This document shows, piece after piece, positions 58,646 to 64,000 of a stretch of 64,000 nucleotides of DNA (position 1 is the first letter of the stretch; each line of letters begins with the position of its first letter). Under the pieces are notes generated by a model. It was not told the DNA's origin. It saw only the letters and a program-made list of their open reading frames with translations, and did not search any database. The position numbers and the translations under genes are program-made. Origin of the DNA: Flectonema sp. DT1601 (lineage: Eukaryota); contig OZ025789.1 of the NCBI GenBank assembly GCA_964019425.1, forward strand, positions 620,001-684,000. The letters run 5' to 3'.

Positions 58646-59395
58646 ATGTCGATATCTATCTCTGTACGACTTCCTGATGGGGAGGTCTGCAGCATCGATG
58701 TTACGGAACACATGAGAGTAAATGATATTAAGAAAATAGTTTCTTATGAACGAAGATGGGAATACGACTACTTTGATCTCGTGTACGAGGGAGCAATCTT
58801 AGATACTAACATCCCAGCTATCTCATTAGGTTTAGTCGATCAAAGTGAAATAGAACTTGTACTCTCTAGAAAGGGTGCAGCTTTAACTCGATTGGGAAAT
58901 CGTCCAATTACATGCGATGAGATGATACGTGAAGTCTATTCTGATGGTGGTAACGTTGCTGATTTCATCGATGCTGGGATACCAGCAAACGAAAGGATAT
59001 CACCGGGAGAGGCAATTCTTTCTTTTTGTGTGTCGCAAGGTAAATTAAAAGCCGTTCAACAACTGTATTCCCACCCGTTAGTTAACATTAATCTTCTTGA
59101 TGCGATGGGAAACAGCCCTCTTCATGTTGCTTGCAACAGAGGATTTGACACCATAGTAAAGCTCCTCATCACTCACCCTCACATTAATATAAACATCCAA
59201 AACAATGATGGATGGACACCTCTCTACACAGCTGTAGCTAATAATAGAGATGATATCGTTCTACTACTCTCACTCACAGATGGAATTAATATAAACTTGT
59301 CTACAAAACAAGCTTGGACTCCACTTCGGTTAGCCTCAACTAAGAGGAGACAAGACATGGTTTCAATTTTATTAGCGAGAGGAGGTGATCAGTAG
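58646..59395 (+). CDS. Ubiquitin-like domain + ankyrin repeat protein
   Basis: MSISISVRLPDG...LVYEGAILD...IELV (Ubl); GNSPLHVAC, GWTPLYTAV, WTPLRLAS (ankyrin). Confidence 0.85.
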   Translation: MSISISVRLPDGEVCSIDVTEHMRVNDIKKIVSYERRWEYDYFDLVYEGAILDTNIPAISLGLVDQSEIELVLSRKGAALTRLGNRPITCDEMIREVYSDGGNVADFIDAGIPANERISPGEAILSFCVSQGKLKAVQQLYSHPLVNINLLDAMGNSPLHVACNRGFDTIVKLLITHPHININIQNNDGWTPLYTAVANNRDDIVLLLSLTDGININLSTKQAWTPLRLASTKRRQDMVSILLARGGDQ

Positions 59396-59498
59396 GAAGT
59401 TGTTTTCTTTTTAGTTTTCTACCTTTACTTAGCCATTGTTTATGAACTCAATATTCTCCTTTTTCAGGAACGGGAGGAAGGGGGTGAAAATAACAATA

Positions 59499-61871
59499 AT
59501 GTCATTCAGAAAGCCAGTTGCGGAAAAGCAAAGAGTACTAATACTGTACACAGGAGGTACTATTGGTATGAAGAACAGTGACAAGGGATACATCCCTGCA
59601 ACAGGTTACATGGCTGAGAAGTTACATTCACTTCCTCAGTTTCATGACCGGGAGCTGTATGAATCAAAGAAAGAATGGATTAAGACCAGTCATGTAATGC
59701 CTCTTAGTTCTCATGGAAGATATGTTGGTTACGATATAAAGGAATATAATCCTCTACTTGATTCTTGTAACTTATCAAATAATGACTGGGAGAAGATTAG
59801 TAAGGATATTGCTGAAGAATACGACAATTATGATTCTTTTATTGTACTCCACGGAACTGATACGATGGCTTACACTTCATCAGCGTTGAGTTTTATGCTT
59901 CAAGATCTTGAGAAGACAGTCATCGTGACTGGATCACAAATACCAATATCACAACCTCGCAATGACGGTGTCAGTAACTTAGAAGGAGCTCTCTTCGTAG
60001 CTGGTCACTATGTTATTCCTGAAGTCACATTGTACTTCTCTCATAAGTTGTATAGGGGTTCTCGTTCTTCAAAGGCTGACGCATCAACACTCACTGCTTT
60101 TCAGTCTCCGAATTTTCCTCCAATCGCAAACGTCGGTATCAACGTCGACGTCAACTGGCATTTAATCAAAAGTCCCCATTCGGGTGGTTTCAAAGCCATC
60201 ACTACTTTCGATAAAGATGTTGCAGTTGTTCAACTGTTTCCGGGTCTCTCGACGGAGTCATTGAAAAGGCAGTTGGCTCCGCCACTCAAGGGGGCTCTGT
60301 TGAGGACGTATGGAGCTGGGAATGCTCCGGATGCGAATAAAGAGTTTCTGAGTGTATTAAAAGAAGCTTCTGACAGAGGAGTAATCATTGTGAATACTAC
60401 GCAATGTTGGAGAGGAACTGTTGAAGGACACTATGCAACGGGTGTTGCTCTTCAAGATGCGGGTGTCATTGCTGGTAGAGATATGACACCTGAAAGCGCA
60501 CTTGTTAAACTTGGATGGCTTCTCGGACAAGGACTTCAACCATCTGAGATTCGCGATCTCATTCCTCAGTCAATCAGAGGTGAACTAACACCTAAAGTAG
60601 ACATGCAATTCTCTCTTCATGACAGTGGTTTTGTTCATACTTTGTACACAGTTCTTAAGGAACAACGTGGAGAGACAAGAGACGGTGCAAACATCCGACA
60701 CATCAGAGAAATATTATTACCGACAATCATCTGTTCTGCTTCAGAGAGAGGTGACGTAGATGAACTCACAAGCATCTTAAATGATGGAGCAAATGTAAAC
60801 AGCAAGGACTATGATGGGAGGACTGGTTTACACTTAGCAGCAAGTTGTGGACAGTTAGAAGTTGTTGAATTATTAATATCACAATCAGGTGTTGAGATTG
60901 ATATTCAAGATCGTTGGAAGGCTACTCCATTACTTGACGCAATCAGAAATGATCGCGATACTTGCTGTGAAGCTTTACGAAAAGCTGGAGCCACATTTAC
61001 AATCTCTGACTTAGAACAAGCAGCCACTCTTTGTAGACTTTCAAACGATGATGACAACGAGTCACTCAAACGTTGGTTGAAGTTCGGAGCAGATCCAAAC
61101 GTATCCGACTACGACAAGAGAACTCCTCTTCATGTTGCTGCCTCGTCTGGGAAGACTGATGCTGTTGAAATACTTCTCAAATACGGAGCTAATCCAACTC
61201 CAGAAGACAGGTGGAAATCTACACCTCTACAGGAAGCAATCATACATCAGTTTGATATGTGTTGTGAAGTACTTCGTAAAGGAGGTGGGAGGATTACAAT
61301 AAGTGATACTGACTTAGCTGCTATCCTCTGTAGGTTGGCGAACTCTGGAGACATCGCCAGTCTGGAGAGATGGTTTAAGAACGGAGCTAATTTAAATGTT
61401 GCGGACTACGATGGCAGAACACCTCTCCACATCGCATCTCGTGAGGGACAGTCTGAGGTTGTGAAATTCTTAATATCCTCAAACTGTAATGTCAGTCCAG
61501 CAGATCGTAATAATGTAACTCCACTCTTAGATGCAATCACACGTGGAAATGATGATATTTGTAAAGTGTTAGTCGATAGTGAAGCTGATCTTAATTTCAA
61601 ACCGACTCAACTGTGCTCTGCCGTAATGGATGATAACTTACAACTGGTAACTCGATTCTGTCGTTACTATCCTCAATCAGTTATTGCCGCAGACTACGAT
61701 CTTCGAACTCCTCTCCACATCGCAGCATCAGAAGGAAATAAGAAAGCTGTCGAATTGTTATTATCATTTAATTCAAACTCTTCTGCTAAAGACAGATGGG
61801 GAAGAACTCCCAAAGATGACGCGACCTCGAATGGGTTTGACCATATCATCGTATTGCTTAATCAGAGCTGA
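59499..61871 (+). CDS. ASPG: Type I L-asparaginase with C-terminal ankyrin repeats (60-kDa lysophospholipase-like)
   Basis: YTGGTIGM, HGTDTMAY, TGSQIP, TYGAGNAP, DMTPESA, followed by repeated DYDGRTxLH and DRWxxTP ankyrins. Confidence 0.92.
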   Translation: MSFRKPVAEKQRVLILYTGGTIGMKNSDKGYIPATGYMAEKLHSLPQFHDRELYESKKEWIKTSHVMPLSSHGRYVGYDIKEYNPLLDSCNLSNNDWEKISKDIAEEYDNYDSFIVLHGTDTMAYTSSALSFMLQDLEKTVIVTGSQIPISQPRNDGVSNLEGALFVAGHYVIPEVTLYFSHKLYRGSRSSKADASTLTAFQSPNFPPIANVGINVDVNWHLIKSPHSGGFKAITTFDKDVAVVQLFPGLSTESLKRQLAPPLKGALLRTYGAGNAPDANKEFLSVLKEASDRGVIIVNTTQCWRGTVEGHYATGVALQDAGVIAGRDMTPESALVKLGWLLGQGLQPSEIRDLIPQSIRGELTPKVDMQFSLHDSGFVHTLYTVLKEQRGETRDGANIRHIREILLPTIICSASERGDVDELTSILNDGANVNSKDYDGRTGLHLAASCGQLEVVELLISQSGVEIDIQDRWKATPLLDAIRNDRDTCCEALRKAGATFTISDLEQAATLCRLSNDDDNESLKRWLKFGADPNVSDYDKRTPLHVAASSGKTDAVEILLKYGANPTPEDRWKSTPLQEAIIHQFDMCCEVLRKGGGRITISDTDLAAILCRLANSGDIASLERWFKNGANLNVADYDGRTPLHIASREGQSEVVKFLISSNCNVSPADRNNVTPLLDAITRGNDDICKVLVDSEADLNFKPTQLCSAVMDDNLQLVTRFCRYYPQSVIAADYDLRTPLHIAASEGNKKAVELLLSFNSNSSAKDRWGRTPKDDATSNGFDHIIVLLNQS

Positions 61872-62393
61872 TTGGGTTTAACTTTTTCTATTATTTTTAT
61901 TACGTTTATTTCTATCTGTTGACAATCCGTTATTGTTACTGTCGGGGGTTTTCCTGGAAAACCTTTCTGTTCTTTAACTCTGTTTTATTACTTTGTGGTA
62001 GCGGAGGTCACAACTACAAAAACGAATTTGGTGATCAGATTTCGGGAAAGGATCGCTTCTGTTTTGAATCGCATGTCCAAATGAAATCCTTTTCACCAAA
62101 AAAAAAAAAAAAAAAAAAAAAAAATTACATACTACATGGAAAATGATTTTTCCTAACCTCCCCTTCTTTTTTTTTTTTTTTTTTTTTTTTGGAAATTAGA
62201 ACAAACAGAATGGATCTGAAATCCCTCATTCCGATCTTCTATTCTGTTTGGACTTCCGATTTTATCTCTTTTTTTTTATTTAATGCGCTTTCCCTTTCAC
62301 TGACAATGATCTCTTGTAATACTTTACAAAGTACTCAATTTCCAATTTAATGTTACTTTAATTACATAAACACTCCTACCTAACAACAGGCTA

Positions 62394-62977
62394 ATGCCAT
62401 CACAACATGACTCAGATGTTAGTTCGGTGGAGGAGAAGGAAGAGGTGAAGGATGAAAAAGTTGAGAGAAAACCGATCGACCCCGTAGCTGACTGGCGTTG
62501 TCCAGATTGTTCATTTATAAACAGAGAAAGGTATCATAATGACACCTGTCACAGATGTGGGAAACCAAAACCTGGAGACGAAGAGTTAAAACAAAGATTT
62601 GATGAAATGATGAGAAGTAGGGAAAAACAAAAAGCCGCCATGAGATTCCGCGGAGGAGAACGCGAAGTAGAAGTACGCGAAGAGATGGAACAAGAACTGG
62701 CTAACGTCAAGGCATTCAAAGAGAAATGGGAACAGTACTCCACACAATCAGATGAAACGTTAAAAAAGATAGAAGAACGGGTATGTGATCATCAGTCATG
62801 TTATCGTATTAGAAATCTTTTCATATTAACATCAATCAGGAGCAACAGTTGAAGATACTAAATCAAATGGAAGACCGAATGCGTATAAAACATGCGAAAC
62901 ATGAACACGATGACACCTTTCTCAGAGACCTTCAGGACGCTGCCGAGCTCAGCGCTTGTTTACCCGCAACGTGCTGA
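62394..62977 (+). CDS. RanBP2-type zinc finger + coiled-coil protein; intron 62781-62839
   Basis: DWRCPDCSFIN...CHRCGKPKP; a GT-AG intron joins a 46-codon last exon. Confidence 0.75.
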
Positions 62978-63262
62978 GGAGACACGTTGATCTTATATCT
63001 TATTATTGAAAGCTGGCTGCTTATGCAAATCAACTTTGCTACTAGCCCGTCATACTGTCTTAATGTAAACCGACGAGTCATAGACACGTCACATTAGACA
63101 TGTTAGTTAGCAGTAAGCTGTATTAATATTTATTATTCAAAACTGATGGGACGAACGCTGCCATTGGGAGTCGTATTTCGAAAGCTGGATTACTATTCAC
63201 ACATACGTTCCACCACACAGAGACATGAGATTATTACATAAGTAATAAAAGAGTTGAAACAA

Positions 63263-64000
63263 ATGGTAGCATTCAGTGATGAGATATCGCTAATTGGATT
63301 TCTTTCTCTAATTTGGATAATTGACAAGGGATGCAGACTGATTGGCATCTCTCCGTTAGTGGGTAACTTACTGACTGGGATTGTAATGGGACCAGCTCTG
63401 TTGAATGTTGTACCTTACGCAGATGCTATGAAATTGGTTGGAAAAATAGGAGTTTTGTTACTAATTGTCGACGGGACACTTTCTATTGATTTAGAACAAG
63501 TAAAACAGATTGGTTTGAGAGCTTTTGTAGCAGCTGCATTAGGTGTTGCTGGTCCAGTAGGTTTGAGTATGTTATTTGTTGTTGTTGTATTCGACAGACC
63601 TTGGAAGACTGGTCTATCAACTGGAGCAGCAATAGCTCCAACCTCATTAGGGTTTAGCGCTAAGATGCTGCAAGAAGCTAAAGTTTTAACGACACCTCTT
63701 GGTCAACTCATCTGTGTTGCTGCCGTAATGGATGACGTATTAAGTCTTTGTTTATTATCAGAAATTAGAGCTCTCGATGACATCTCTGCTTGGGGATTAA
63801 TTCAACCGATTGTTGCCTCTCTCGGTTCTATCATTGTTGGCGTCTGTCTTGCTATCGGTCTTCCCAAAATAATTCCTTCTTTATTATCAAAATTACCTTT
63901 AAAGGGGACCAACAGAAGATATTTTCTTGTATTTTTAATTCTTGGATTATCGTCTCTATTAGCATTCTTAAGTGCTTACGCTGGGTCATCAGATCTGTTG
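63263..64000 (+). CDS. Cation/H+ antiporter, CPA2 family (5' part; runs off the window)
   Basis: Not in the ORF track; my translation gives SPLVGNLLTGIVMGP, GAAIAPTSLG and GQLICVAAVMDDV with many TM segments. Confidence 0.88.
   Translation, partial: MVAFSDEISLIGFLSLIWIIDKGCRLIGISPLVGNLLTGIVMGPALLNVVPYADAMKLVGKIGVLLLIVDGTLSIDLEQVKQIGLRAFVAAALGVAGPVGLSMLFVVVVFDRPWKTGLSTGAAIAPTSLGFSAKMLQEAKVLTTPLGQLICVAAVMDDVLSLCLLSEIRALDDISAWGLIQPIVASLGSIIVGVCLAIGLPKIIPSLLSKLPLKGTNRRYFLVFLILGLSSLLAFLSAYAGSSDLL

Overview
AT-rich eukaryotic DNA with about 26 host protein-coding genes, all on the + strand. Many are preceded by an A/C-rich (A)ACAG acceptor-like motif and several carry short GT-AG introns. This suggests a polycistronic, trans-spliced euglenozoan genome, possibly a diplonemid (inference). 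Recognisable genes: ELMO-domain (partial), DHHC palmitoyltransferase, two EEP hydrolases, P2X-like channel, CCT7, MFS transporter, CEP57-like, TRAF-like RING protein, phenylalanine hydroxylase, VPS4, PDE, CDP-alcohol phosphotransferase, bacterial-type alpha/beta hydrolase, TMEM18, MORN protein, receptor-type degenerate nucleotide cyclase, Ubl-ankyrin, asparaginase-ankyrin, RanBP2-finger protein and a CPA2 antiporter (partial). The standout is an intact, apparently recent Penelope-like retroelement (51651-56971) inserted at a (TATC)130 microsatellite. Its single 1367-aa ORF runs GIY-YIG endonuclease, reverse transcriptase, then a Josephin-like Cys-His-Asp protease domain. It is flanked by 229-bp direct repeats that look identical. 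These carry a hammerhead ribozyme whose cleavage strand lies inside the stem II loop (order CUGA-NUH-GAAA), which is not a type I, II or III circular permutation. A sequence-divergent second family at 22.4 kb, with a decayed copy at 12.5 kb, has the same four-helix topology with compensatory changes. All folds and domain calls were made by eye and are untested.
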